Positions 1 to 9,147 of a stretch of 64,000 nt of DNA are shown one piece after another. The DNA is from Gemmatimonadaceae bacterium (GTDB taxonomy: Bacteria > Gemmatimonadota > Gemmatimonadetes > Gemmatimonadales > Gemmatimonadaceae). The stretch is taken from positions 6,016 to 70,015 of the forward strand of contig JANYIN010000051.1 of NCBI GenBank assembly GCA_025362035.1, in the 5' to 3' direction. The notes below the pieces were generated by a model. That model saw only the letters and a program-made list of their open reading frames with translations, had not been told where the DNA came from and did not search any database. Position 1 is the stretch's first letter, and the number at the start of each line of letters is the position of its first letter. A program made the translations under genes and the position numbers.

Positions 1-2
1 TT

Positions 3-980
3 GTGTTTGTGCCGACGTTCAACTCCGCGGCCGTGCTTCCACCCGAGAGCGGGTTTGTGCTCGAGTCGTTCGTGCTTCAGATGTTGTGCACCAGCGCCGT
101 GATTGCCTCGTGCGCGGTGGTAGTGCATCGGGGATTGCGATCCGGCATCGAGAAGGCAAGCACATTGATCGTACCGGCCCTGCTGGTCGTGATTCTGGTC
201 TTGATGGCGCGGTCGCTCACGCTGCCAGGGGCCATGGCCGGCGTGCGGTGGTACATCCTCAAGGTGCGCTGGTCGGACCTCAACGCGAACGTCATGGTCG
301 CCGCCATCGGCCACGCCATTTTTTCGCTGTCCCTCGGCGGAACCTTCATGGTGGTGTACGGTTCATACCTCGACGAGTCGGAGAATCTCATGCGGCCGGC
401 GGTGTGGACCGTGGTGGGTGACACCGGCTCGTCGCTGCTCGCGGGGTTCGCGGTCATTCCCGCGGTCTTCGCACTTGGCCTGGAGCCGACCTCCGGGCCC
501 GGGCTGATTTTCTCCACGCTCCCGAAGGTGTTCGTGGCCATTCCCTTCGGATGGCTGTTCGGCCTTCTCTTCTTCGCCGGATTGTTCGGCGCGGGTTACC
601 TGTCGGACGTCGGCGCCTTCGAGGTGTTGGTCGCCGGGCTCACGGACAATACGAAGATGTCTCGCGGGCGCGCCGTGATACTGACGTCCGTCGCGATCTT
701 TCTGATCGCCCTGCCGCCCACCATCAACAACCACATCTTCGTGCCTTGGGACCTGACCTTCGGGTCGGGGATGCAGACGCTTGGGGCGCTGGTGGCGGTG
801 CTGACTGTAGGATGGTGCATTGATCGCTCGACGGCGTTGAAACAGCTGTCGCCGGTGGATGGGCCGACCATCCCCATGTGGCTGTTTTACTGGATCCGCT
901 TCGGTATTCCGCTGGCCATCATCACTGCGGGCGTGTGGTGGTTGTTGTCCAACGTCACCGGCACGGTCACCGCCGCGTAG
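3..980 (+). CDS. Sodium-dependent transporter, NSS/SNF family (5'-truncated at window edge)
   Basis: ORF runs in from the window edge. The translated C-terminal half is polytopic and carries the NSS-typical stretch 'AIGHAIFSLSLGGTFMVVYGSYL...LAGFAVIPAVFALG...GPGLIFSTLPKVF'. Confidence 0.8.
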   Translation: MFVPTFNSAAVLPPESGFVLESFVLQMLCTSAVIASCAVVVHRGLRSGIEKASTLIVPALLVVILVLMARSLTLPGAMAGVRWYILKVRWSDLNANVMVAAIGHAIFSLSLGGTFMVVYGSYLDESENLMRPAVWTVVGDTGSSLLAGFAVIPAVFALGLEPTSGPGLIFSTLPKVFVAIPFGWLFGLLFFAGLFGAGYLSDVGAFEVLVAGLTDNTKMSRGRAVILTSVAIFLIALPPTINNHIFVPWDLTFGSGMQTLGALVAVLTVGWCIDRSTALKQLSPVDGPTIPMWLFYWIRFGIPLAIITAGVWWLLSNVTGTVTAA

Positions 981-1073
981 TCGTACCGCGACGCCCGTAG
1001 AAAATTGCGGTTGCCGGACCTCGTGCTAAGTTCGGCCGGCCCTCCGCTTCGCGACACCGATCACCGATCGCAC

Positions 1074-1586
1074 ATGCCCGTTTCGTCATCCAGCTCTAGC
1101 CTGATCTACGGTTGTCTCAAGGACGCAGGCGTGCGCATCATGTCCGCCCTGCCGGAAACGTGGCTCGTGCATCTGATCCGTAGGGCGGAGGACGATCCGG
1201 AGATGACGCTGGTCCGCCTCGCGAAGGAGGAGGAGGGCGTCGGCATCTCGGCCGGCGCCCACCTGGCCGGTGTGAAGTCCGCGATGCTGATGCAGAATCA
1301 CGGTTTCCTCGCCAGCGTGAACGGCATCGTGTCCTGTGCGCAGCTGTATCGCATTCCTCTGCTCATGATGATCAGTCATCGCGGCGAGTTCGGCGAACGA
1401 GACCCGTGGCAGACCGAGGGCGGAGGCGTCACGGAACACGTGCTCGACGCGTTGCGCATTCCATACGATCGACTGGATTCGAGCGACCACGTGGCGCGCC
1501 GTATCGCGAAAGCCCAGACGCTCGCGGACTCGGCGAGCCGACCGGTGGCGCTGCTGATGTGTCGCGACCTGATGTGGGAGGACTGA
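1074..1586 (+). CDS. Split TPP-dependent 2-oxoacid decarboxylase, alpha (pyrimidine-binding) subunit; sulfopyruvate/phosphonopyruvate decarboxylase-like
   Basis: About 170 aa with the TPP_enzyme_N pattern 'EEEGVGISAGAHLAGVKSAMLMQNHGFLASVNGI...IPLLMMISHRG'. Start taken at ATG 1074 (the ORF opens at 1005). Its stop overlaps the next start (TGATG, 1584-1588). Confidence 0.7.
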   Translation: MPVSSSSSSLIYGCLKDAGVRIMSALPETWLVHLIRRAEDDPEMTLVRLAKEEEGVGISAGAHLAGVKSAMLMQNHGFLASVNGIVSCAQLYRIPLLMMISHRGEFGERDPWQTEGGGVTEHVLDALRIPYDRLDSSDHVARRIAKAQTLADSASRPVALLMCRDLMWED

Positions 1587-2161
1587 TGCGCCGACTCGAT
1601 GCGATACACGCCGTCTATCCGCAGCTGGAGCGGTGCGTGGTGGTGACCATCATGGGTGCCGTTGCCGCCGAGCTTCAGTCGATCGGGCACAGACCGAATT
1701 TCTTCTACCTGCAGCACGCGATGGGCCTGGCGTCGTCCATGGGACTGGGGATCGCACTCAGCCGCCCCGACTTGCAGGTCGTCGTGTTCGATGGTGACGG
1801 CTCGATCCTCATGAACCTGGGTGCCCTGACGACGCTGGCACGCTATCACCCCGCCAACCTCGTTCACGTGGTCTTCGACAATGAGAGCCTCCTGTCGGTG
1901 GGTGGCTTTCCGACCGCGACATCCACCGGCACCGACATTGCCGGCATTGCGGCTGCGGCGGGGATTCGCAGGACGGAGACGGTGCGGACCATGGATACCT
2001 TCACGACGGCATTCACTGACGCGCTCGCCGCCAACGAGCTCACGACGCTTGTGGCCAAGGTGGAGGCGGTGGGACCCGCTGCCTTCGTGACCGACCTGTC
2101 GTTGCTCGAGAACCGTTACCAGTTTCAACGGTACTTCCGCGAACATCCCGCCCAGGACTGA
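1586..2161 (+). CDS. Split TPP-dependent decarboxylase, beta (diphosphate-binding) subunit
   Basis: Canonical TPP motif GDG-X(24-27)-N: 'VVVFDGDGSILMNLGALTTLARYHPANLVHVVFDNES'. Translationally coupled to the alpha subunit. Confidence 0.75.
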   Translation: MRRLDAIHAVYPQLERCVVVTIMGAVAAELQSIGHRPNFFYLQHAMGLASSMGLGIALSRPDLQVVVFDGDGSILMNLGALTTLARYHPANLVHVVFDNESLLSVGGFPTATSTGTDIAGIAAAAGIRRTETVRTMDTFTTAFTDALAANELTTLVAKVEAVGPAAFVTDLSLLENRYQFQRYFREHPAQD

Positions 2162-2165
2162 CGCC

Positions 2166-2942
2166 ATGTCGCTGCTCTCCACACTGGTCGAAGGATTGAA
2201 CACGGGTTCGATCAGGATCGTCGACCTCACCCAGCCGCTCGGTCCGGAAACGCCCGTAATCGGCCTGCCGCCCATGTTCGGGTCGTCGCCCGGGTTCACG
2301 ATGGATACGATTTCGCAATTCGACGACAGGGGACCCGCCTGGTACTGGAACGTCCTGCACCTGGGCGAGCATACCGGCACGCACTTCGACGCGCCGGTGC
2401 ACTGGATATCCGGCAGGGACCTGCCGGACAACAGGTGCGACACCATTCCGGCCCGTCGCTTCGTCGGCCCGGGCTGCGTGATCGACGTGCATCGAGAGGT
2501 CGCCGCGAATGAGGACTTCCTGCTGCTGCCGGAGCACGTGGAGGCCTGGGAGGCAACGCATGGCCGCATTCCCGGCGGCGCATGGGTGCTGCTTCGCACC
2601 GATTGGAGCAAACGCCTCGACACGGCGACCTTTCTGAACGTGAAACAAGATGGACCGCACAGCCCCGGCTTTCACAAGACGACGTCGGAGCTGCTTGCCG
2701 TCGCTCGCGATGTGGCCGGTGTCGGCGTGGAGACAGTCGGCACCGACGCGGGACAGGCTGGCACGTTCGATCCGCCGTTTCCCAATCACGCCACCATGCA
2801 TGGTCACGGCAAGTTCGGGCTCGCCAGCCTCCGAAACCTCGATCAACTGCCCGCTACGGGCGCCGTAGTTATCGCTGCGCCCCTCAAGATCGTGAACGGG
2901 AGCGGTAGCCCGCTGCGCGTGCTCGCGATCGTGGAGGATTAG
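2166..2942 (+). CDS. Cyclase-family metal-dependent hydrolase (kynurenine formamidase / arylformamidase-like)
   Basis: Family signature 'HTGTHFDAPVHW' and about 258 aa length. It starts 4 nt after the decarboxylase beta subunit stop. Confidence 0.75.
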   Translation: MSLLSTLVEGLNTGSIRIVDLTQPLGPETPVIGLPPMFGSSPGFTMDTISQFDDRGPAWYWNVLHLGEHTGTHFDAPVHWISGRDLPDNRCDTIPARRFVGPGCVIDVHREVAANEDFLLLPEHVEAWEATHGRIPGGAWVLLRTDWSKRLDTATFLNVKQDGPHSPGFHKTTSELLAVARDVAGVGVETVGTDAGQAGTFDPPFPNHATMHGHGKFGLASLRNLDQLPATGAVVIAAPLKIVNGSGSPLRVLAIVED

Positions 2943-2973
2943 CGGTGCCGAGTCATCTGGGAACGGTGAACCA

Positions 2974-4170
2974 ATGACGCTCACAATCGCCGCGCTTGCC
3001 GTCGCCGCCATGGCCGGCGGAGTGCGTTCCGCCGTCGTGACCAATCCCGCCGTCGGCGCGAAGGCCGACGGTTACACCGCACGCACCATGCAGATGAACA
3101 CAGGTGAACCGTCCGTCACTCGCGCGCCATTCGGCGTGCTGCCTTCCGGGGATTCCGTGCACATCTTCACGCTCACCAACGCGCACGGCGTTGAGCTTCG
3201 AGCACTCGATTACGGCGGCATCATCGTTTCACTCCGTACGCCCGACCGCACCGGCACCTTCGCGGACATCGTACTCGGCTTCGACGACATCGGCGGGTAC
3301 GTCAAGTCGTCGCCATATTTTGGCGCGATCGTCGGCCGGTATGCGAATCGCATCGCCAAAGGGCAGTTCACCCTGGATGGCCGCACGTACCATCTGCCGG
3401 TGAACAATGGGCCCAATTCGCTGCACGGCGGCATCGCGGGATTTGACAAGGTCATCTGGCACGCGGAGCCGCGGAACAACTCGTCCGGCGTGGGGCTCGC
3501 GCTCACGTTCACCAGTCGCGACGGAGCGGAGGGTTATCCGGGCACGCTTCGGGCCCGCGTGACCTACACGCTCACCAACGACAACCAGCTCGCCATCGAG
3601 TACCGGGCCACCACTGACAAGGCGACGCCGATAAACCTCTCGCAGCACACGTACTTCAACTTGGCGGGAGATGGCGGGGGTGATGTGCTGGGACATGTCA
3701 TCACGATCGACGCCGACCGTTACACGCCGGTCGACACGACGCTCATTCCAACCGGCGCGTTGGCTCCCGTTGCGGGCACGCCCTTCGACTTCCGGAAGGG
3801 TGTTGCAATCGGTGTGGGTATCAACGCCGCGCACCCACAGATACAGGCGGGCGGCGGATACGATCACAACTTCGTGATCAATCGCGCCGGCAGCGGGCTC
3901 ACGCATGCGGTGCGCGTCGTAGATCCCAGCAGCGGTCGCACGATCGACGTGGCGACCACCGAGCCCGGAGTGCAGTTCTTCACGGGCAACTTCCTCGATG
4001 GTTCGTTCGCCGGAAAGAACGGCCACGTCTATCAGCGGCGCAACGGCTTCTGTCTGGAGACCCAGCACTTCCCCGATTCGCCAAACCAGCCGTCGTTCCC
4101 GTCCACTATCCTGCGACCCCGCGCCGAATACCGATCGCGCACAGTCTATACGTTCGGCGTGGTCAGGTAG
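2974..4170 (+). CDS. galM: Aldose 1-epimerase (galactose mutarotase), secreted
   Basis: 'GRYANRIAKGQFTLDGRTYHLPVNNGPNSLHGGIAGFDKVIW' and 'NGFCLETQHFPDSPNQPSFPS' are classical mutarotase blocks. N-terminal signal-like 'MTLTIAALAVAAMAGG'. Confidence 0.9.
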   Translation: MTLTIAALAVAAMAGGVRSAVVTNPAVGAKADGYTARTMQMNTGEPSVTRAPFGVLPSGDSVHIFTLTNAHGVELRALDYGGIIVSLRTPDRTGTFADIVLGFDDIGGYVKSSPYFGAIVGRYANRIAKGQFTLDGRTYHLPVNNGPNSLHGGIAGFDKVIWHAEPRNNSSGVGLALTFTSRDGAEGYPGTLRARVTYTLTNDNQLAIEYRATTDKATPINLSQHTYFNLAGDGGGDVLGHVITIDADRYTPVDTTLIPTGALAPVAGTPFDFRKGVAIGVGINAAHPQIQAGGGYDHNFVINRAGSGLTHAVRVVDPSSGRTIDVATTEPGVQFFTGNFLDGSFAGKNGHVYQRRNGFCLETQHFPDSPNQPSFPSTILRPRAEYRSRTVYTFGVVR

Positions 4171-4174
4171 TGCG

Positions 4175-7033
4175 TCACGGCCCCGCCGCGGGCACGATTG
4201 CCGTCGTGTATTCCGGCTCCACGTTTTCGAAGTAGAGTCCGCGGAACTGCCCCCGTTTCAACGGAGGTAACTCGAGTTCAAACCGGTAAGGACGGTCGGC
4301 GTCGAGCTGCGAGAGATCGGCGTAGAACCCGACGAACGTGCTCCGAACCGTGCGCACCGCCGTGTACGCTCGGAGCAATTCCACGGTGCGCCCGTTGATG
4401 CGGAGTGATGCCTCCCACCGGTCGTCTGGCTCCGCGAACTGTGCGTAGAGCAGCAACCGCTCCGGAGCAAGCCATGTCGTCCTGAAGTCGTCGGCCGTCC
4501 ACGGAATCGGCCACCGGCGTCGCCGGTCGGCAAGTTGATCGAAGACGCGGGCCGGAATGGTGAAGAGGCCGCTCAGACGTCCGCCAGCAAAGATCGAGTC
4601 GCCAACCACCACCGGTTGCATCTGGTGGAACTCCGATCCCGCGAACCTGACGTCCAGGTCGAGCACGTCGCCAGTCCGCGTGCCGAATGGAACAGGAGTA
4701 CCATTGACGACAACGCGGCGTGCTGTCGCTCCGCGCGGAAGCACGATCGTCACGTGGGCTGTCGTCCCCGGTTCGCCGCGGACGCCGGTCATCTCCAGCA
4801 CCTCACCGGCGAGCTGCACGGTGCCGGTGGCGCCGAACGCCAGCGGCGCGCGTACCTCCTCGGGAGCGGGTGCAACCTCGAGCACCAGCGCAGAGCCGCC
4901 GTCGAGCGCCACGTGCACGGCGTCGCCGCGGGTCCACATCCCCGCTCCGGGCTTGCCGACGCGCCGCCCGTCGAGCGGTTGCACTTCACGCAGTACGTAT
5001 TGGCGGCCCGTCGTCAGGCCGATGATGCCATCCAGCGTGAACTGCGCATCGAGGCGACGCGCGTCGGGGTTGAACAGGAAAATGAAACCGTGGTCACCGT
5101 CAATGGCCGACGTGCCGTCGACCTTCCCCAGCGCCGGCTGACCGAGAATGGTGCGCGTGCGTCGGAGCAACTCCTTGTTCGTCACCGTCCACTGTAGCCA
5201 TGACCGCATCCACGCCCGGTCGGCCTCGCTGAAGTTGCGGTTCTCCTCCGAGTCGCGTGCCGGCAGCATGTTGAGCACGTTGTTCCATCCCGCCACGGCA
5301 ATCGACGAGAGGAGCGAGTAGCGCCAACCCAGGACGTCCCAATCCCGCGCGCGATACGACGTCAGCACGGTGCCGCGACCCGGAATCGTCTGCGACGGCA
5401 TCTCGTCGCGATCGTCGGATCGCGAAGTCTGGTGCGTGATGAAACCCGGCACCAGCTCGCTCGGCGTGAACTCATAGTTGCGGTAGCGATACGCGGTGTA
5501 GCGCTCACGGTCCGCAGAGACGCGATCGAAATGCAGGTCGGGATATGGAGTGAAGCTCTCCGGCTGCTCGTCGCTGAAGGTCGGGTGCGGGTAGCTTCCC
5601 GCGAGCCAACTCCACGGCCCGTACTGGTGGTACGCTTGTCGTCCGTCGATGACGACATCGGGAATGCGGCGGCGCAATTCCTCCATCACGCGTCGCCAGC
5701 CCCACCACTGGGCGTACCGACTCGTTCCCTCGAACGTGAGGAACGTGTGGTCGAACGAGAAGCCGGCGATGCCGGTCCGATCATGGAACGCGACCATTTC
5801 GTCGATCAGCCAGTCTTGCAGCGCCCGGCTGCCGAGACTGGCCGCCTGCCGCTTCGGATTGCGCGTTGGCACGAGCCAAGCGGGGTTCTGCGAGAACGGC
5901 AGGACCGGGTACACGTACGCGAGCAGGCCGAGCCGCTTGCGGCGCGCGTAGTCCACCATCTCCTGCACGCTCGACGGCACGGGGCTCGACTTCGCATCCC
6001 ACGTGCCCTTGCGGATCTTCTGACCGAGCCCGAGCCAGAGCACGTGCTCCCAGCTCCAATCGTCCACACTCTCCTCGCGACGGGACAGTAACGAGTTCGA
6101 CGGCGCGTAGAGCACGTACTGAGCTCCCAACGCGGCGGCTTGGTCGAACACGCGCCGGTACTCGTCGCGGCCGTCCGGTGTGCCGACGTCAATCTGGTAG
6201 TCGTTCGCGCACCAGCCGACGAATACGGTGATCGGTTCCTTCGGCTCGTAGATGAACAGCGATCGCACCATTCCTGTGAATGCGGCCACCTCCGCTTCGT
6301 CCATCCCCGACGCGGTGTCAGCGCTCGTGCGCCATTCCGGAATCATTTGTGCCGGAAGCCGCCGCCCCGTGAGCTTCACCGGCGCGATGAGGCCGCGATC
6401 CGACACGAACTCGCCGTCATCGGTCGACCAGTCCATGTCCGGCGCATAGCGCAGGGTGAAGGAGGTCCCGTTGCGTGCGAAGTGCAAGAACGGATTCTGG
6501 GCAATGACGAGCAAGGAATGCCCGTCCGCAAAGCGCATCGTCGCTCCGTAGTCGCCTGTTTGCAGGCTGGGTCGAGCGCTCGCGGGCATAAAGTCTCCCG
6601 TCGGCGAGTCGGCAAGTGCATCCTTGAACACCGTGATATCTCGGACTCGGAACGCCCGCACGCCGTGGCCGCCAATCGCGATCTGCTTGCTCACGAAATG
6701 CCAGCCCGGACGGATCTCGTACGTCAGGCGCACGGTGAATTCGCCCGCCGCGTACTGGTAGGTAATGCGGTCGCTCTTGGCATCCCAGCGGGGTCCCGCC
6801 AAGGAAGAACCGTCGATGGTCCGATCGTCGATCGTAACGGCGAAGCCCTCACCCGTGAATCGGTACGCATGGCCGTCCGCGCGGTCCGTTATCGTGGTGA
6901 GGCCGCGCGGCCCGAACTCTGCGCGAACGAACTGGTTGACGAGCGACTGGCCGGAGGACGCCGCCGGCAAAACGCTCACGAACACGGCTACGGCGAAGGC
7001 GCGGCGTGCGCCGCGGCTGGTGGTCTCGTGCAT
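4175..7033 (-). CDS. Large secreted protein of unknown function, possibly a TIM-barrel glycoside hydrolase
   Basis: 952-aa ORF from ATG 7033 ('MHETTSRGARRAFAVAVFVSVLPAASSGQS' signal peptide; the ORF opens at 7177). I recognise no catalytic signature. The central Trp/Tyr/Asp-rich region looks carbohydrate-active, but the call is weak. Confidence 0.6.
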   Translation of the reverse strand: MHETTSRGARRAFAVAVFVSVLPAASSGQSLVNQFVRAEFGPRGLTTITDRADGHAYRFTGEGFAVTIDDRTIDGSSLAGPRWDAKSDRITYQYAAGEFTVRLTYEIRPGWHFVSKQIAIGGHGVRAFRVRDITVFKDALADSPTGDFMPASARPSLQTGDYGATMRFADGHSLLVIAQNPFLHFARNGTSFTLRYAPDMDWSTDDGEFVSDRGLIAPVKLTGRRLPAQMIPEWRTSADTASGMDEAEVAAFTGMVRSLFIYEPKEPITVFVGWCANDYQIDVGTPDGRDEYRRVFDQAAALGAQYVLYAPSNSLLSRREESVDDWSWEHVLWLGLGQKIRKGTWDAKSSPVPSSVQEMVDYARRKRLGLLAYVYPVLPFSQNPAWLVPTRNPKRQAASLGSRALQDWLIDEMVAFHDRTGIAGFSFDHTFLTFEGTSRYAQWWGWRRVMEELRRRIPDVVIDGRQAYHQYGPWSWLAGSYPHPTFSDEQPESFTPYPDLHFDRVSADRERYTAYRYRNYEFTPSELVPGFITHQTSRSDDRDEMPSQTIPGRGTVLTSYRARDWDVLGWRYSLLSSIAVAGWNNVLNMLPARDSEENRNFSEADRAWMRSWLQWTVTNKELLRRTRTILGQPALGKVDGTSAIDGDHGFIFLFNPDARRLDAQFTLDGIIGLTTGRQYVLREVQPLDGRRVGKPGAGMWTRGDAVHVALDGGSALVLEVAPAPEEVRAPLAFGATGTVQLAGEVLEMTGVRGEPGTTAHVTIVLPRGATARRVVVNGTPVPFGTRTGDVLDLDVRFAGSEFHQMQPVVVGDSIFAGGRLSGLFTIPARVFDQLADRRRRWPIPWTADDFRTTWLAPERLLLYAQFAEPDDRWEASLRINGRTVELLRAYTAVRTVRSTFVGFYADLSQLDADRPYRFELELPPLKRGQFRGLYFENVEPEYTTAIVPAAGP

Positions 7034-7133
7034 CCTCCAAGTTCGGTCGCGTCGTGCGGGGCGTCCATAGCGGTGCCCTTCCTCCGGCGCGCAACTCCGC
7101 GTATGTATTGGCGTACCGGTCACCGCCTCCGCC

Positions 7134-7928
7134 ATGCGCCACAACGCTGCAAAGAAGGATCTCTGGCTCCGACTCACGCAGTATCACTTCGACCATCTGG
7201 TCCCGCCACACCTACTGGACCACGTGGCGGCAGCGTTCGGCGGCGCGGATGCGTCCACGAAAGCCTTCGCGAGCAAATTGGGCCGGAAGCTCGGATGGAG
7301 CACTGCCTTTTCCCGTCAGGCCATCGAGGAGTACAGGAAGTTCGTCTACCTCGGCGTGGTGAGTGACTTCCATGTCACGCCCTCCGGGGTGATCGACCAG
7401 GTATGGCACGAACACCTGCTGTTCAGCCGCGCGTACCGTGAATTCTGTCGCGACGTCCTCGTCTGCGATTTCGATCACAATCCCGAACTCGTTCCCACAC
7501 CCGACCAGACCGGCGTCTTCAACGCGCAGTATGAGGCAACGCTCGCCCTTTATGCGACGGAGTTCCATGCGTACCCACCGGCAGCGTTCTGGGGAACTCC
7601 GAAATTCTCGCCGTCCGTCGGCTCCACCGGCTCAGTGAAGCCGAAGGAGAAGGAGGCAAGCGGCTCGTACTTGTACCAGGACGTTACGCCTCTCTATCTC
7701 TACTTCGACGGATCAGACGACGCTGGCGGGATGTCGGAGGTTGGCGGCGGCGGTTTCCTTGGTGGCGGCGGCGGGCATGTCTGGAGCGATCACTCTTCAT
7801 CGTCGCACTCGGACGCCGGAGGGCACGGTGCCGATTCAGCCAGCGGCGGCGATGGAGGTGGCGGCGGAGATGGTGGTGGCTCCGGATGCTCGTCCGGCTG
7901 CGGCGGTGGTGGCTGCGGGGGAGACTGA
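7134..7928 (+). CDS. GRDP-like (DUF1399) domain protein with Gly/Cys-rich C-terminal tail
   Basis: 'VIDQVWHEHLLFSRAYREFC' matches the D-x-x-W-H-x-H-x-L...Y...C core of glycine-rich-domain-protein-like domains. The last ~70 aa are low complexity, ending 'GGGGGDGGGSGCSSGCGGGGCGGD'. Confidence 0.65.
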   Translation: MRHNAAKKDLWLRLTQYHFDHLVPPHLLDHVAAAFGGADASTKAFASKLGRKLGWSTAFSRQAIEEYRKFVYLGVVSDFHVTPSGVIDQVWHEHLLFSRAYREFCRDVLVCDFDHNPELVPTPDQTGVFNAQYEATLALYATEFHAYPPAAFWGTPKFSPSVGSTGSVKPKEKEASGSYLYQDVTPLYLYFDGSDDAGGMSEVGGGGFLGGGGGHVWSDHSSSSHSDAGGHGADSASGGDGGGGGDGGGSGCSSGCGGGGCGGD

Positions 7929-7958
7929 ACGCCGGTGCGGCCGCCTGGAGCCCGCCTC

Positions 7959-9131
7959 CTATCGCTCCGTCGGAACGGCGGCCCAGAACCGCACGTCGGC
8001 GCTAGCCGACATGCTGAACGCCAGCTGAATGTCGAGGTTCTCCTTGATGCTCTGCGCCATCGATTCGTCGAAAATGCGCAGGATCAAACGCAGCGTCGGC
8101 TCGAACGAGCGAGCGTTGAGCCCGATCTCGATGTTGGTGAAATCGTTGTCGGTCACGGAGTAGAGTGCTTTGGCACGCGCCACGCCCACGTCCTGCAACA
8201 CGCGTGGCAGTCGCGCGTCGCCGACATAGACGTCCGCACCGAGAGCGCGGAAATGCTCGATGGCTGGGGCGTATTCGTTCTTTTCGATCATGATGACGCG
8301 CTCCCCGCGCAGCAGCAGCTGCTCCGCGATGAAGTACCCCAGTCGTCCCAGACCGCACAGAATGACGTGTCCGGTGTCGGAGTACTTCCGCCGCCCCAAC
8401 GACAGCTGGGCCCGGCGTTTGATGATGTTGTCCACGGTCAGGGAAAAGATCATCCAGATGAACGCCGTCGAGCTGAGGATCAGTCCGATGCCCACCAGCT
8501 TGCTCAGCACTCCGGAGTTCAGGAGCGTGATGTCGCCGTAGCCCACAGTCGATACCGTGATGATCACGAAGTAAAGTGAGTTGAGCCAGGTCAGGTGATC
8601 GGCATAGTGGAAGTACATGATCGCGGCGAAGGCCAGCGAGCCGAACGAAGCGACGAGCCGCTTGACCAACGTGTCGGCGGGGGTGAAACGGGGCTCAAGG
8701 GGTTCTCGAGCCGGCGCATGTCTGAGCGAACGGACCACAGGCGTCTCGAGCGCCTCGAGGAACACCGGGGCCGCAATCTTCGCTGGATTCAGAATCTGGA
8801 TGTTCGGATGCGCGGCGTGCAGATGCGACGCGAAGTTCTCATTGAACAGCGACGCCACGATCGGCACGGTGCGATCGAGGGAGATCATGGCGATGAGCAA
8901 CTCCAGGTTGTGCTCGTCCCGATCGTCCACGAGAAAGACCGTCGCCACGCCCCCGAGATCGATGGGTTCCAGTGCACGGGTGACGGCATCGATCTTCGAT
9001 TCCTCGCCCTCCTTGCGGCGAAACAGCTCGTGAGAGCGATAGAGGATTTCGTGCCCACGGGCCGCGGCAAGTTTTCGAAGGCGATAGGCGAGGTGTCCGG
9101 AGCCGACGATGAGAACTGGCTTCAGCGGCAT
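7959..9131 (-). CDS. Potassium channel with flanking TrkA-N/RCK domains
   Basis: Selectivity filter 'TVSTVGYGD' between two TM helices. Rossmann-like 'VLIVGSGHLAYRL' lies N-terminal and 'VILCGLGRLGYFIAEQLL' lies C-terminal of the pore. Confidence 0.85.
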   Translation of the reverse strand: MPLKPVLIVGSGHLAYRLRKLAAARGHEILYRSHELFRRKEGEESKIDAVTRALEPIDLGGVATVFLVDDRDEHNLELLIAMISLDRTVPIVASLFNENFASHLHAAHPNIQILNPAKIAAPVFLEALETPVVRSLRHAPAREPLEPRFTPADTLVKRLVASFGSLAFAAIMYFHYADHLTWLNSLYFVIITVSTVGYGDITLLNSGVLSKLVGIGLILSSTAFIWMIFSLTVDNIIKRRAQLSLGRRKYSDTGHVILCGLGRLGYFIAEQLLLRGERVIMIEKNEYAPAIEHFRALGADVYVGDARLPRVLQDVGVARAKALYSVTDNDFTNIEIGLNARSFEPTLRLILRIFDESMAQSIKENLDIQLAFSMSASADVRFWAAVPTER

Positions 9132-9147
9132 GGGGTCTGGGGTCCCT

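Noticed and set aside
1376-2623. Long antisense or alternative-frame ORFs throughout the track. Examples are 1376..2623(-), 6140..7366(+), 19409..20746(-), 21078..22640(-), 26694..27656(-), 27847..29193(-), 39469..40584(-), 41817..42800(+), 45480..46451(+), 51202..52572(+) and 54798..55586(-).
   Set aside because: Their translations are Arg/Ala/Gly/Pro-dominated with no motifs. Each lies fully inside a gene on the other strand or frame that has clear family signatures. This is the expected stop-codon paucity of very GC-rich DNA.
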